The notes under the pieces were generated by a model, which was not told the DNA's origin, did no database searches, and saw nothing but the letters and a program-made list of their open reading frames with translations. DNA of 63,962 nt, counting the filler, from Octopus bimaculoides (taxonomy: Eukaryota): the NCBI RefSeq assembly GCF_001194135.2. It is 8 parts of 7 records of this genome, joined end to end, with 100 filler letters (N's around TTAATTAATTAA, not from the genome) between each part and the next. Parts side by side here need not be neighbours in the genome. Positions count along the whole stretch, not along the records: positions 48,783 to 55,522 come from NC_068996.1; positions 55,623 to 58,571 come from NC_068983.1; positions 58,672 to 62,819 come from NC_068987.1; positions 62,920 to 63,962 come from NC_068984.1; 4 more parts are not named here. One strand, written 5' to 3'. A program made the translations under genes and the position numbers. Position 1 is the stretch's first letter. Each line of letters opens with the position of its first letter. This document shows positions 49,881 through 63,822 of the stretch, piece by piece.

Positions 49881-52800
49881 GGGATGACAGATCGAGATAA
49901 AAGAACGTTTGAGAGTATATATATATATATNNNNNNNNNNNNNNNNNNNNNNNNNNNNNNNNNNNNNNNNNNNNNNNNNNNNNNNNNNNNNNNNNNNNNN
50001 NNNNNNNNNNNNNNNNNNNNNNNNNNNNNNNNNNNNNNNNNNNNNNNNNNNNNNNNNNNNNNNNNNNNNNNNNNNNNNNNNNNNNNNNNNNNNNNNNNNN
50101 NNNNNNNNNNNNNNNNNNNNNNNNNNNNNNNNNNNNNNNNNNNNNNNNNNNNNNNNNNNNNNNNNNNNNNNNNNNNNNNNNNNNNNNNNNNNNNNNNNNN
50201 NNNNNNNNNNNNNNNNNNNNNNNNNNNNNNNNNNNNNNNNNNNNNNNNNNNNNNNNNNNNNNNNNNNNNNNNNNNNNNNNNNNNNNNNNNNNNNNNNNNN
50301 NNNNNNNNNNNNNNNNNNNNNNNNNNNNNNNNNNNNNNNNNNNNNNNNNNNNNNNNNNNNNNNNNNNNNNNNNNNNNNNNNNNNNNNNNNNNNNNNNNNN
50401 NNNNNNNNNNNNNNNNNNNNNNNNNNNNNNNNNNNNNNNNNNNNNNNNNNNNNNNNNNNNNNNNNNNNNNNNNNNNNNNNNNNNNNNNNNNNNNNNNNNN
50501 NNNNNNNNNNNNNNNNNNNNNNNNNNNNNNNNNNNNNNNNNNNNNNNNNNNNNNNNNNNNNNNNNNNNNNNNNNNNNNNNNNNNNNNNNNNNNNNNNNNN
50601 NNNNNNNNNNNNNNNNNNNNNNNNNNNNNNNNNNNNNNNNNNNNNNNNNNNNNNNNNNNNNNNNNNNNNNNNNNNNNNNNNNNNNNNNNNNNNNNNNNNN
50701 NNNNNNNNNNNNNNNNNNNNNNNNNNNNNNNNNNNNNNNNNNNNNNNNNNNNNNNNNNNNNNAAAAAAAAAAAAAAAAAAAAGAAGAAGGATTATATATC
50801 TTGAGTAGAATTCTTTTAAAAGTGACCATTTGATCAACTTGCTTGGTTACCATTTTCCGTTTTAATTATCCACCCCCCAGCAATATTTTAAAAGGAAATT
50901 CATTTCCATTTGGTTTACTCGACAATCTCAGCCAATAAAGAAGATATTCAAAATAATATTTATGATAATAATTATTTATTTTAAGTTCAAATAACAATAA
51001 AAATAACACATAATGTTATTTCATTAATGAAGACCAAATGCCAAAGCCAAACAAAGAGGGTATACAGTACAGGTCATTAAATCCGAAGAAGCTGAAAGAA
51101 AAAAAAAATGGCAGTACTCTTTTTCTTTTTATTCTTGGCCATAAAATTGGCCTCTTTCTGATTTTCTTCTCAACTTTAGATTTTTCAAATTATAATTAAA
51201 CAAAAATGTACTGATCCAGAATCACTAAATTTACCACTTGCTTAGGCGAAATTTGAATTTAGGAAATCCAGTTTAGTTTTTAACTTTGATATTAAGATTT
51301 TTTGAAATGGTAAACAAAGTGATTTCTGATTTCATGGCTTATTCTTATCGTTTATTTCTTTTAGATCATCGTCGCGTGGCTATTCTTCCATTCACATTCA
51401 GACTTTCTACTTTCCCACTATATTTGTTAAGTCCAACCCTTGCATAAAACATAAGACAACACAGGTTCCCCTTAGTAGATGGAGGTGGGCATGGCAGGAA
51501 TTGGTAAAATTTTTGTATTTATCATGTGTTCTAATTTTTGCCTCGTTCTTTTCCAAACTGTTCTGCAACAGTTGAGATGGTTTGACGTGAATGAAAATTT
51601 TTGATTAGCCGTTGGATTTCTATTGGTTTCTTAGAATTGAGTTTTGTACGTTATAAAGAACGCTATGTCTTTGAAATGTCCTAGAGGATATCGTGGAACT
51701 CTTTGACGATTCTGGAGTGGAGTTCTTTCCGATTATAAGTCTACAGTAAACGATCTATCACCTGTGGTCCATCTATCCGGGCTGACCTTTTCTGATTTTG
51801 GATACCATGCTATTCACTCAATAGCTTTCTCACAGACTGCAATACCGGCAACACACACACATACACACACACCAATGCGCGCGCATTATTAAAGGCTGAT
51901 TTTTTTTAGGATTTTCACATAAACAAATACTACATCGAGAGAACAATAAACAAACTTCAATTACTACAAAAATGCAGACACTCTATGTATAGTGTACCAC
52001 GTAAACACACTCGTGCGCATGTGCAGGCTAACTGTCTATCAAAAAAAAAAAACAATAACATTTACTCGAAGTAAGTTATTTTTTCAGAAAACATGCACTT
52101 ATCTTTTTAGCCCTTTTCATCCTCTCACTAAATTTTATTCAACCAGATGAGGTTGTTGATGTAAATGGGTAGCGCATTAAATCCAAACGAAAAGCAGCTC
52201 CGTCCAACTCACTCCCTCGCCGAAAATAGTTCAGAAATCAAACCCAATCACAGTGGAATGCAGTGCCCCAGCATAGCCTTAGCCTCTGGCTGAAACCAGT
52301 AAAAGATAAAAGGTGATTTAATCCAAAATGGAGACGAAAACAGATGTCTCATGTGATAGGCTTGGTAAATTGTCGAGAAACTTCTCTTAACATGAAACCA
52401 GTGGTAGCCTTAACTCGTAAATAATTTTTTATCACCAGCGGTGTTGAGCACTCATTCTCTTTGTGCGATATTAACGTGTGTGTAAATGTGCCAGAAGACA
52501 ACTTACACAAACCTTAAAGATTTAATACAATGAGAAATGTAACACTAGATATTGAAGAAATATATTTGATGGACGGGGCTTGGACATGTAAGATACAAAA
52601 GATGCCCTGCACAGTAACACCATCAGAACCTTTGAACGTTTGTTCCAAGTGCTAAAAAATTTAGATAAATATTATCTACAATGGTTAATTTTGAAATAAA
52701 GCCGAACAAATTGCACAATGTAGACCCTGCTATAAACATAGATCTTGATCGATTAAACATATCTCAGGGTATTAAACATACCTCAACAATGAATGGCGCT

Positions 52801-53036
52801 GCTAAGTGGTAGTAGACTGCATTCTTGAATAAGAATCCAGAGATTCCCTTATTTAGATCAGAGAACGTAGTACTTGATACAAATTAAGAAATAGCCAGAT
52901 TTTAGAAAAGGAAGGTCAGCATATGTACAAAAACAATCCCAAATGCAAATACGCTAATTAACGTTCAGGTAACCCAGTCCCACGTGGGTATGTATCTGCG
53001 TATCTGAGTATGTAGCTATGGTACATACGTAGATAC

Positions 53037-53095
<59 letters not shown>

Positions 53096-53317
53096 CATAC
53101 ATGCATACATACAAAGAGACGGACACATACATACATATATATATACATGTATGTGCATACGCACACATATGCATGTTTTATCATCATCGTCATTTAATAC
53201 CCGTTCTCCATACTGGCATGGGTAAGACTATGTACACACACACACACACACACACATACACGAGTGAGTGGACAAACGAAAGAAGGGCACTCAATAGATT
53301 TATCTAGAGTTACATGT

Positions 53318-53486
53318 ATGGATCAAAACAGTTTGATTCAAATTCGTTGGCACTATTGAGTTTCAAGCGTGATGCTAGTTGTCAGCCATTTTGAATTTGA
53401 ATTTCAAATTCAAAATGGCTGACGACTAGCATCATGCTTGCTTGAAACTCAAGAATTCCAACGAATTTGATTCAAACTGTTTTGAT
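53318..53486. mobile_element. Near-perfect palindromic MITE-like element
   Basis: ATCAAAACAGTTTGATTCAAATTCGTTGG...CAGCCATTTTGAATTTGAA T TTCAAATTCAAAATGGCTG...CCAACGAATTTGATTCAAACTGTTTTGAT; centre at ~53402. Confidence 0.85.
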
Positions 53487-54564
53487 ATAATATATATATA
53501 GGGCACCTTGACAGGTGTCTTCAACTATATATAATCTCCGACTGACTAGAGTCTTCTGGTTGGATTTGGTAGACGGAAATTGAGAAGCTTGTCATAAATA
53601 TAAATTTAAGTATATATATCGTTGTTATTATGCCGACTTACTGTCGTAAGTCCAAACTGTCGTAAGTCCAAAACGTTGCTTTTTCAGAAAACAGAAAAGT
53701 AGTTTCACCATTCCATTTCTTTTCACATTAGCAACAGTTTCAGCTGAACAATAATACTTTGTTGGCTGCATTTCTTGGGTGTAACTCCATGCACGGATGA
53801 TATTTTCAGTAAGAAATATTTTTGCAAAACTGTCGTGTGTGGGACTCGCTACAGTTTTGAAAAATGCTAAATCGTTGTACTACAATTTAACAATTTTCAT
53901 ATCATGGCATCTGAAATCAGCTGGAGATACGATAGTTTGACCAAAAGAACCGGGTATTGCAAGTAAAATAAAATAGTGAAAAAAAAAACAAAAAAAAAAC
54001 GTCCTTTGGCCAAATTTAGACATATGACAGTTTACCATAACAGCAACAATATAGACACAATCACATCGATATATGTGTGTGTGTGTGTGTGTGTGTATAT
54101 ATGACTGGGTGCTCCTGCAAAAACTTAAACTCTTTAACACGGTGCCCCAGCATGGGCGCAGCCAATGACCAAAACCGAAACAACAGATAACATCAGCATC
54201 ATCATCATCATCATGGGTATGTTTACAGTAATGATATGCTGAGGTTCTGCTGTTTTAACTATGAATGTTTTTCAATGTTAGCTTTCGTTGTGTTCCGTGA
54301 GTTTAGGACAGTGTACTGTGATTGCAGACGGGTTTCCAGTTGACTGATCTCTTACGTTAGATAGATATGTATCTAGATCTGTTTTTAACAAGTCCTTGGA
54401 GAATTAAGTCCGTCTTGTTTCATAAAACCATTCGGGAGGAAGTTGTCCAAATTACATGCCTTTAAATGCCAAAATGTGACCAGATGATACCACAGTTTGA
54501 AGATCGTGGTGTTGCAAGCCTGACAGTTAAATATCAGGATACTTTCATTGACTCTGGTAGGCTC

Positions 54565-54660
<96 letters not shown>

Positions 54661-54689
54661 ACACTGACTCAGCAATTTTGAGCGAGAAG

Positions 54690-55045
54690 GTAAGACGATT
54701 ATATTGACCGCAGTGCCCAACTGATTTTTAATTTATCGACCCCCAAAAGGATGAAAGGCAAAGTCGACCTCGACGGAATTTGAACTCAGAACGTAAGAAC
54801 GTAAAGACGGACGAAATGCTGCTACCAGGCGTACTAACAGTTTTCCAGCTCACCAAAATAATAATAATAATCCTTTCTACTAAAAGCACAAGGCCTGAAA
54901 TTTGGTGGGGAGGGGACTTAGTCGATCACATCGACCTCAGTAATTCACTGGTACTAAATTTATCGACCTGGAAAGGATGACAGGCGAAGTTTACCTCAGC
55001 GAAATTTGAACTCAGAACGTAAAGGCGGACGGAATGTCGCTACGC
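54690..55045 (-). mobile_element. Two tandem S2 (Nin-like) SINEs
   Basis: Reverse-complement copies of the S2 core at ~54690-54830 and ~54860-55045. Confidence 0.8.
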
Positions 55046-55458
55046 ATTTTGCACACACACCCAGACATATTCACTAAATATTTCATTTCTTGGCCAAACT
55101 TTGGAACAAACGTGTCCAAAATCTCCCCCATCACTCTCTCTGACAGGAAGGCGCGCAGGTTCTTATCAAATATAGATGTATATACAATAAAATACAATCT
55201 ATCTATCTATCTATCTATCTATTTGTCTGTCTGTCTGCCTATATTTATTCATATAGGTACTCTCTATTTTCGTATCCTATCTAAATTAACTATTGTACCT
55301 ATATAAATAAATGTATATATATAAATGTGTGTGTGCGCGCACATACATATATATTAAAAGTAATTAAGTTAGTGTCTGGTCATAGAGTGACCCATGGTTT
55401 TGCATCCACAAAGGTCTTAACCAAGCAGACGTCTCGTCAGACTCTTAAATTCTCCACC

Positions 55459-55522
<64 letters not shown>

Positions 55523-57199
55523 NNNNNNNNNNNNNNNNNNNNNNNNNNNNNNNNNNNNNNNNNNNNTTAATTAATTAANNNNNNNNNNNNNNNNNNNNNN
55601 NNNNNNNNNNNNNNNNNNNNNNATATATATATATATATATATAGATAGATAGATGATGTGCACACAGTGAAATAACCACACTATGCATGTACATCTACAT
55701 TACATTCAGAGGCTGTCAGTTCTAATTTATTTGTTCCTTCTCTCTTGTATGGTGATTGTCTTTTCAAGTCTTTCAGTCTTCCATTCTGCAGTAGTTCCAC
55801 TCTTCAGTCTTCTTCTCTTGTAGAGCTGCTGCACACAGAACCATTCCCTTCATTTGCTAATTGACATATATGTGAATAAAAACGGAAACTGTTGCATTGA
55901 AAACTTTACAAGTTATGCCAAAACGTCTTTACCTGCATTTTATCTATTTCTCTCAACAAATGCATGACTCTTAACATACATTGTAGCTCTCATTCCATTA
56001 TACAAGTTCATGGTGTGTGTGCATACATTTATATATATATATATATTTATACATCTATATATATATATCTATATATAAGTATATTTATANNNNNNNNNNN
56101 NNNNNNNNNNNNNNNNNNNNNNNNNNNNNNNNNNNNNNNNNNNNNNNNNNNNNNNNNNNNNNNNNNNNNNNNNNNNNNNNNNNNNNNNNNNNNNNNNNNN
56201 NNNNNNNNNNNNNNNNNNNNNNNNNNNNNNNNNNNNNNNNNNNNNNNNNNNNNNNNNNNNNNNNNNNNNNNNNNNNNNNNNNNNNNNNNNNNNNNNNNNN
56301 NNNNNNNNNNNNNNNNNNNNNNNNNNNNNNNNNNNNNNNNNNNNNNNNNNNNNNNNNNNNNNNNNNNNNNNNNNNNNNNNNNNNNNNNNNNNNNNNNNNN
56401 NNNNNNNNNNNNNNNNNNNNNNNNNNNNNNNNNNNNNNNNNNNNNNNNNNNNNNNNNNNNNNNNNNNNNNNNNNNNNNNNNNNNNNNNNNNNNNNNNNNN
56501 NNNNNNNNNNNNNNNNNNNNNNNNNNNNNNNNNNNNNNNNNNNNNNNNNNNNNNNNNNNNNNNNNNNNNNNNNNNNNNNNNNNNNNNNNNNNNNNNNNNN
56601 NNNNNNNNNNNNNNNNNNNNNNNNNNNNNNNNNNNNNNNNNNNNNNNNNNNNNNNNNNNNNNNNNNNNNNNNNNNNNNNNNNNNNNNNNNNNNNNNNNNN
56701 NNNNNNNNNNNNNNNNNNNNNNNNNNNNNNNNNNNNNNNNNNNNNNNNNNNNNNNNNNNNNNNNNNNNNNNNNNNNNNNNNNNNNNNNNNNNNNNNNNNN
56801 NNNNNNNNNNNNNNNNNNNNNNNNNNNNNNNNNNNNNNNNNNNNNNNNNNNNNNNNNNNNNNNNNNNNNNNNNNNNNNNNNNNNNNNNNNNNNNNNNNNN
56901 NNNNNNNNNNNNNNNNNNNNNNNNNNNNNNNNNNNNNNNNNNNNNNNNNNNNNNNNNNNNNNNNNNNNNNNNNNNNNNNNNNNNNNNNNNNNNNNNNNNN
57001 NNNNNNNNNNNNNNNNNNNNNNNNNNNNNNNNNNNNNNNNNTATATATACTCATATATACTCATATATACTCTAGACACAATAGCCTGGGGTAGTTTTTC
57101 TACCTGGCTGGCTTATGTCAACTATTCTACCCATGCACGTATGGAAGATGTATGTTAACTGATGATGATATATATATATGTATATATATGTGTGTAGTT

Positions 57200-57878
57200 G
57201 CAGACGTGGGTGTATGGTTAAGAAGCTTGCTTTCCAAGTTTCCAATCATCTAGGCCTGTGTTTCTGTCCGTCTGCACATCGCCTTGTGCAGAGTGTCCTC
57301 TTCTATAGCTCTGGACTGAGCAAAGCTTTTTTGAGTGGATTATGTAGACAGAAACTGAAAGAAGCCCATTGTGTGTGTGTGTGTGGTTTTATAAATATAT
57401 ATATTGTCATTATCGTCGTAATCGTTGTCATCATCATCATCATCATTTAGCATCTGTTGTCCATGCTGGCATGGGTTGGATGGTTTGATCAAAGCTGGGA
57501 AGCTGCACAAGACTTCAGTCTGATTTGACAGGGTTTCTGTGGCTGGATACCCTTTCCAACGCTAGCTACTTCACAGGGTGTTCTGGGTGTTTTTCTGTGG
57601 CACCACACAGGTGCTTTTATGTGGCACCATATAGGCCGTATATATGTATATAAATATATGTATGTGTGCGTGTATATGTCTGTGTTTGTCGCCCCAACAT
57701 CGCTTGACAACCGATGCTGGTGTGTTTACATCCCCGTAACTTAGTAGTTCGGCAAAAAGAGACCGATAGAATAAGTACGAGGCTTCCAAAGAATAAGTCC
57801 TGGGGTCGATTTGCTTGACTAAAGGCGGTGCTCCAGCATGGACGCAGTCAAATGACTGAAACAAGTAAAGGAATAAAA
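57200..57878 (+). mobile_element. S1 SINE with an RTE-tail element (57430-57630, minus) nested in its microsatellite slot
   Basis: S1 head 57200-57370; (CAT)n-TTTAGCATCTGTTGTCCATGCTGGCATGGGTTGGATGG insert; S1 3' body 57680-57878. Confidence 0.8.
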
Positions 57879-58671
57879 AGTAAGCATTTTATCCTGTGTG
57901 CCTATGATTCTGCCTGCTTGTCACCATAAGGCCCTTGTGGAATATGGAAATTCCATTGTAGAGTTAACATGCCAGACATCTAAAAGCTGTTCCGTAGTTA
58001 ATATGGTTCTCTACATTCCTTCCAAGTGCACCAATCACACTTAGAGCTAAAATATATTTGCTTATACTTACATAACATGTGTGGGTGTGTGTTTACATGT
58101 GTAGGTGTGTGTTTATGTGTGAATGTGTTTGTGCGTTTGTACGTTAATACATATGTACATATTATTTTATGTGCATGCACTTGCATATTAATAGGTACGT
58201 GCCCACAATCATATGCATGCCCACCATATATGCAAACACATATTGCTACATATATATGTGCATATATATATCATATATATTTTATAAAGACACACTTGTT
58301 TGAAAATATGTATGCATACAAGCATTTGTATATGTATAGATACATGCATACATATGTCACATGTATGCATACACTGATACACACACATGCCTGTATATGT
58401 ATATATACATATTATATACGTGTGCGTGTATGTATCTATATGCCCACAACACACACACATATATATATATACATATAAACTTACAAAGATATATGTGTAT
58501 GTGTGTATGTACATGTATGTGTGCATGTATATATATTATGTGTATGCATATATATATATATATATATATATNNNNNNNNNNNNNNNNNNNNNNNNNNNNN
58601 NNNNNNNNNNNNNNNTTAATTAATTAANNNNNNNNNNNNNNNNNNNNNNNNNNNNNNNNNNNNNNNNNNNN

Positions 58672-58717
<46 letters not shown>

Positions 58718-59616
58718 ATAGTAATAAGTACAATAACGTAACCGGATAGATCTATATACTGTTAGTTAGAAGCCACCCTGTTCGACACAAATATAATACG
58801 TTGATTTTCGCATATGTTTCTTTTGTGTAATTTACTATATTTTCACCCGTGCACTTGTTCAGAATAAGTACGTAATTATTGAAATTTATTCGAACATAGA
58901 GAACACTTAATAAATATAGCAATAGCACCACCACCACCACTACCGTCACTGTCCCCAACAGCACCACCCCACCACCACCATCACCATCAACACCACCACC
59001 ATCACCACCAAGGCCTCCCTCACCACCACCACCATCATCATCATTATCATCATCAGCATCATCATTATCATCATTGTCATCGTAATCCTCATGATAGTGA
59101 ATATCATCATCATGACGTCGACCAGTACCAACACCACCACCTCCACACCACCACCACTATTAACGATACCATACAACCATTACCTTCACCACTACCACTA
59201 TCACCACTGCCACCACCATACACAACTACAATCACGAAATGATTATTTCTACTATTATAGTTATTATAATTACTAGTACTAATACAACGATATTATTATT
59301 ATTATTATTATTATTATTATCATTATTATTATTATTATTATTATTATCATTATTATTATTATTATTATTATTATCATTATTATTATTATTATTATTATTA
59401 TCATTATTATTATTATTATTATTATTATCATTATTATTATTATTATTATTATTATTAGTGGTGCGTATATATTTCGGGTAATTTTTTACTTTGGTGATTC
59501 TATATCAAAATTCTAATCATTCTTCAATCACCAACAGAAATTTTGACCATCGTCCAGATTCTCGTTTATTGCAATATATCTCAAAGGATAAAGATCATGA
59601 TTTTTAGTTATGTGTA

Positions 59617-59696
<80 letters not shown>

Positions 59697-59697
<1 letters not shown>

Positions 59698-60500
59698 TAC
59701 GCATAACAGATTAGACTGTTTGGAAAAAATTCCTAGCATCGTGCTACGACAAGTAACCTTAGATGTGAAGAACCTTTCTAAGTGTCCTGGCTGTCCTTAA
59801 TAATACTGTTTTCTGGAGCTGCACTAAAGTAGGTTTTATGTCTCTTTCCTCTATCCTTATTTTTCTCTATATCTCTCATACTGACGTAATTATTATTTGG
59901 GACTCTAAAGTCAATTACCTGGCACTTTTTATTCTTTTTGTCTAGTAGTACTACTAGATAAAGTCTTCTGGCTTCTATTACTCTGTCAGTGTGAATGCTA
60001 AAATCTACATTACTCCTGGTGGATTATTCTACCGAGGTTGTTATGTCTTTTCTTGTATTCTTTCTGCGCCAGCATACTACATTCACGAACTTCATGAGTA
60101 ACACTTTCATCCGTTGATTTACGTACCCACAAATCTATCCGATTTTTTCCTGTCTTAGCTTTTATCCATTTACTCTAGCAGCTCGTAATAGAATTTCTGC
60201 ACTCTTACCAACACAAGAGGCTGTCTACTCACGCTAGCTCCACACAGTCGCTACCCCTACTCTAGGATGAACTCCTCCATTCATTTTGAATACCTCCCTA
60301 ATTCTGTCTAGATTTGCAAATTTAGATTTTGTTCAGTTTACAAAAAATGCTGAATATCTAAGTAACGATTCTGTCCGAGTATTTATAGTCTTCACTAGAT
60401 TCGGGCGATTTACCTTTGACTTTCTTAAGTCCCCATCCTTCTGATGTACACTTTCTCAACTTTCTCTTTCCTTTCTACAGTCAGTACTCTGTCAAATTCT
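59697..60500 (-). mobile_element. R4/Dong LINE, internally deleted 3' part with 3' end
   Basis: Remnants KSKVNRPNLVKTINT...LLRYSA...GGVHPR, ESVTHEVRECSMLAQKEYKKRHN, DFSIHTDRVIEARR, VIDFRVP, QLQKTVLLRTARTLRKVL*; followed by (TAA)n. Confidence 0.8.
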
Positions 60501-60509
60501 AATGCATTT

Positions 60510-61448
60510 AGATACCTATAACTTTCTCATTCTTTCAATGATTTTAACTTTTTCTATATCTTTTGTATCGACTCTGCTATCATAGAGAATTCCAATATCT
60601 ATGACCTTGTACTGTTTGTTAATTTTATCCTCTATAATCTTGTCTGGGTTTCTTGCCGCAATAGTAGCATTGGTCTTTATGGCGAAGTCCCACAAGATCT
60701 TGTAATTCTCATTTTCTATCACAGCCTCTGGTTCGTGTCCCAACCACTTTTCTCTAATTTTGAAGCTACACACTCGGTTAACATCTCAATGCACTCTTTT
60801 GCCTATACAGTCATGTCTACCCTTGTATTCTTTTTGTGCTAGTATAGTGAACTCGATCAAAATTGACACCCTTGTCTCCTTTGTTGTGGTTTCTACAGTT
60901 GCTGTCTCACTGAGATTTTCGATCTTTGGCTTTATTACGTTTATGCTAATGGCTTGTCGTGAACGGATATAATTAACATTTCTGTTTCTTGTTTCAAGTT
61001 CCCTTCCGTTAACTAAAGCCAGCAGGTTTCACTTCCAATATTTTCACTTTGTTACGCGAATTGGTTATGCAGTTCCATTTTTTCGATGTGTTCATTTTGT
61101 TGATCTTCCTTTTCTCTCTGATTTACAATTCTTTCAGTCACTTTTTGGGTATCTCTGGCTTCTGAAAGAATTCTGTCTTTTCTCTCCACGACATGCTATA
61201 GCAATAGTTTCTGCCACTTCTCTTCTAGAAAGATAGAGTCGGTCGGTATTACGTATAGGATGGATTGCGTTGTGCATTGTTAGGAGCATTCTGCTACATC
61301 CATTTAAGAGATGCAACTCGATATTTGTCCATTCTGGGAAGTGTAACTCAATAATGGCATTGCCCCCTGTATTTATGACTTTACTGATGTTTCCTCAATT
61401 GAATTTTGTTTCGAGCACCTTCCTAATTCTCCTTTTGAAATATTCTAT
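60510..61448 (-). mobile_element. Second R4/Dong LINE fragment, different copy, same orientation
   Basis: LLTMHNAIHPIRNTDRLYLSR; HEPEAVIENENYKILWDFAIKTNATIAARNPDKIIEDK...VIDIGILYDSRVDTKDIEK (RLE endonuclease); preceded by an (ATT)n array at 61450-61500. Confidence 0.85.
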
Positions 61449-61453
61449 GATTA

Positions 61454-61498
<45 letters not shown>

Positions 61499-61508
61499 NN
61501 NNNNNNNN

Positions 61509-61540
<32 letters not shown>

Positions 61541-62234
61541 GTCGTCGTCGTCGTCGCCATCACCATCATCATCGTCATTATTATTATTATTGTTATCATC
61601 ATCATCATCATTATTATTATTATTATTATCATTATAATTTAACTCACAATAACGGGCATTTTAGTATAAATAAATAAATATTATTCTTATTATCATCTTC
61701 CAAAATCATATTCACAATAATAATACTGATAACATGTAGAATCCTTTGAGCCAGAAAGGTAATAAAAATATAACAGCATCAACATCACCACCAACAAGAA
61801 CAACAGCAACAACAGCCAAGCAAAACCAATGATTATAAAAAAATAAATATAACAATGTCCTCAAAATCATAAGAAACATCAACACGAAAATTATTAATAT
61901 TGTTATTATTACAGACATTACCATAATTAGTATAAGTAAATACATTCAAAATAAACATTTATATTCCATCATTATGGAATTAGAATGCTAAACATCAATT
62001 TATGCATAAGCACATCAAACCTGGGAAATACTGATATGGATATTATGTGAATAATCACATCCAAATACAAGTATGTGTCGATCCCACCTTCCTTTGCATA
62101 CGCAACGAAAACTACAAGTGTAAACTATCTCTCAGTTCTCTTCCTTTCAAAAAAAGTATGTGTGTGTATGTATAGTGTAAACACTATACATACACACACA
62201 TACATACATACGCACACTCACACACATATACACG

Positions 62235-62286
<52 letters not shown>

Positions 62287-62785
62287 CATGGTCCACATGC
62301 AATGGCTTATACTGTTGGACTAGTTTGCAGGTTCTGGAATTCAGAAGAGTATTTCATATGAGGATCATTGAGCCTACTCAGCTGAAGTGATTAGCAGCCA
62401 TGTGGACGGTGTACACATTTTGCCCGCCAATTAATACGATTGATCTCTTTCGTTGGCGCAATGTGCAACTAGTGTAAGTCTGCTTGCGAGCAAATACACA
62501 GGTTCAGACAATTAACACATAGAGGGTGCATTCTGTGATGTGATCTAGTCAGAGGAGCATACGCAATATACACATACGTATATATATAATTTCTATATAT
62601 ATTCATATATATGCATGTATATGTATATTCATATATAAACTTATATATAATGAGTGCATGCATGTACGTGAGCGTGTGTGTGTGAGATCCTTAGTGCCAT
62701 AGATATTATCTCAGATTTCCTTCCCAAGTGATTCTGAAACTAGATTTGAAGCCATAACCTAAGTGACATAGATATATATATACCC

Positions 62786-62819
<34 letters not shown>

Positions 62820-63244
62820 NNNNNNNNNNNNNNNNNNNNNNNNNNNNNNNNNNNNNNNNNNNNTTAATTAATTAANNNNNNNNNNNNNNNNNNNNNNNNN
62901 NNNNNNNNNNNNNNNNNNNATATATATAATCACACGCGTGTGTGTCCCGCTTATCTAATATCACTTCATATTCCTTATTATTATGGTGAAATCCCTAACC
63001 CTTTATTTTTTTCTATTTAATTAAAACCTTTAATTCACTTTCATGACTCACCAATGAGGTTCGAAAAGAGGAATATATAATTCTCCTGAATATATATATG
63101 TGTGTATATGTTCATGTACATGTGTTTGTATATCTATGCATGCACACACATACACACACACATATATTGTAAGTGCTGAATGTGTGCCTATGTAAATGTA
63201 TGTGTGCATGTGTGTCCGTGTGTATGTGTGTATGTGTGTGTGCG

Positions 63245-63279
<35 letters not shown>

Positions 63280-63654
63280 CAAAATCCTGTAACGGATGGC
63301 ATTCACGATCGAGTGTTGAGGACGGTATCAAAAATGGATGCACATATCAACCTTATGATCTTGTTTGCTTGATGTGTTCATACTTACTTAATTCCAGCCT
63401 GGTAAGCTTCACCACATCAGCAGAAATACTTGTTTTCTGATTTCAATATAGAAACATAAGTTCTTTTCCTGCTCAAAAAGTCTGAGGTAGAGCATAACAC
63501 TGACGGGGCGAGCTTACTCAGAAACACTGCTGTCTGATAGTTCGGCAACATCATTTTGACCTTAAGAATCTGAATTTCGAGACAAAATCCCGTAGCAAAT
63601 GCTATTCAGCCTCAGGCATTAGAAATAGATGTACATATCATTTATTTATACATC

Positions 63655-63675
63655 AATCAGTCAATCAATCAATCA

Positions 63676-63739
<64 letters not shown>

Positions 63740-63740
63740 G

Positions 63741-63822
<82 letters not shown>
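63655..63822. repeat. (TCAA)n then (TCTA)n tetranucleotide array
   Basis: Direct reading. Confidence 0.95.

Noticed and set aside
49854-57094. ORFs of 300-376 aa in the track (also 9232-10297)
   Set aside because: Almost entirely N gaps translated as X.
63388-63436. Possible 49-nt minus-strand exon (KTSISADVVKLTRLEL) with GTAAGT donor
   Set aside because: Weak acceptor, too short to identify.
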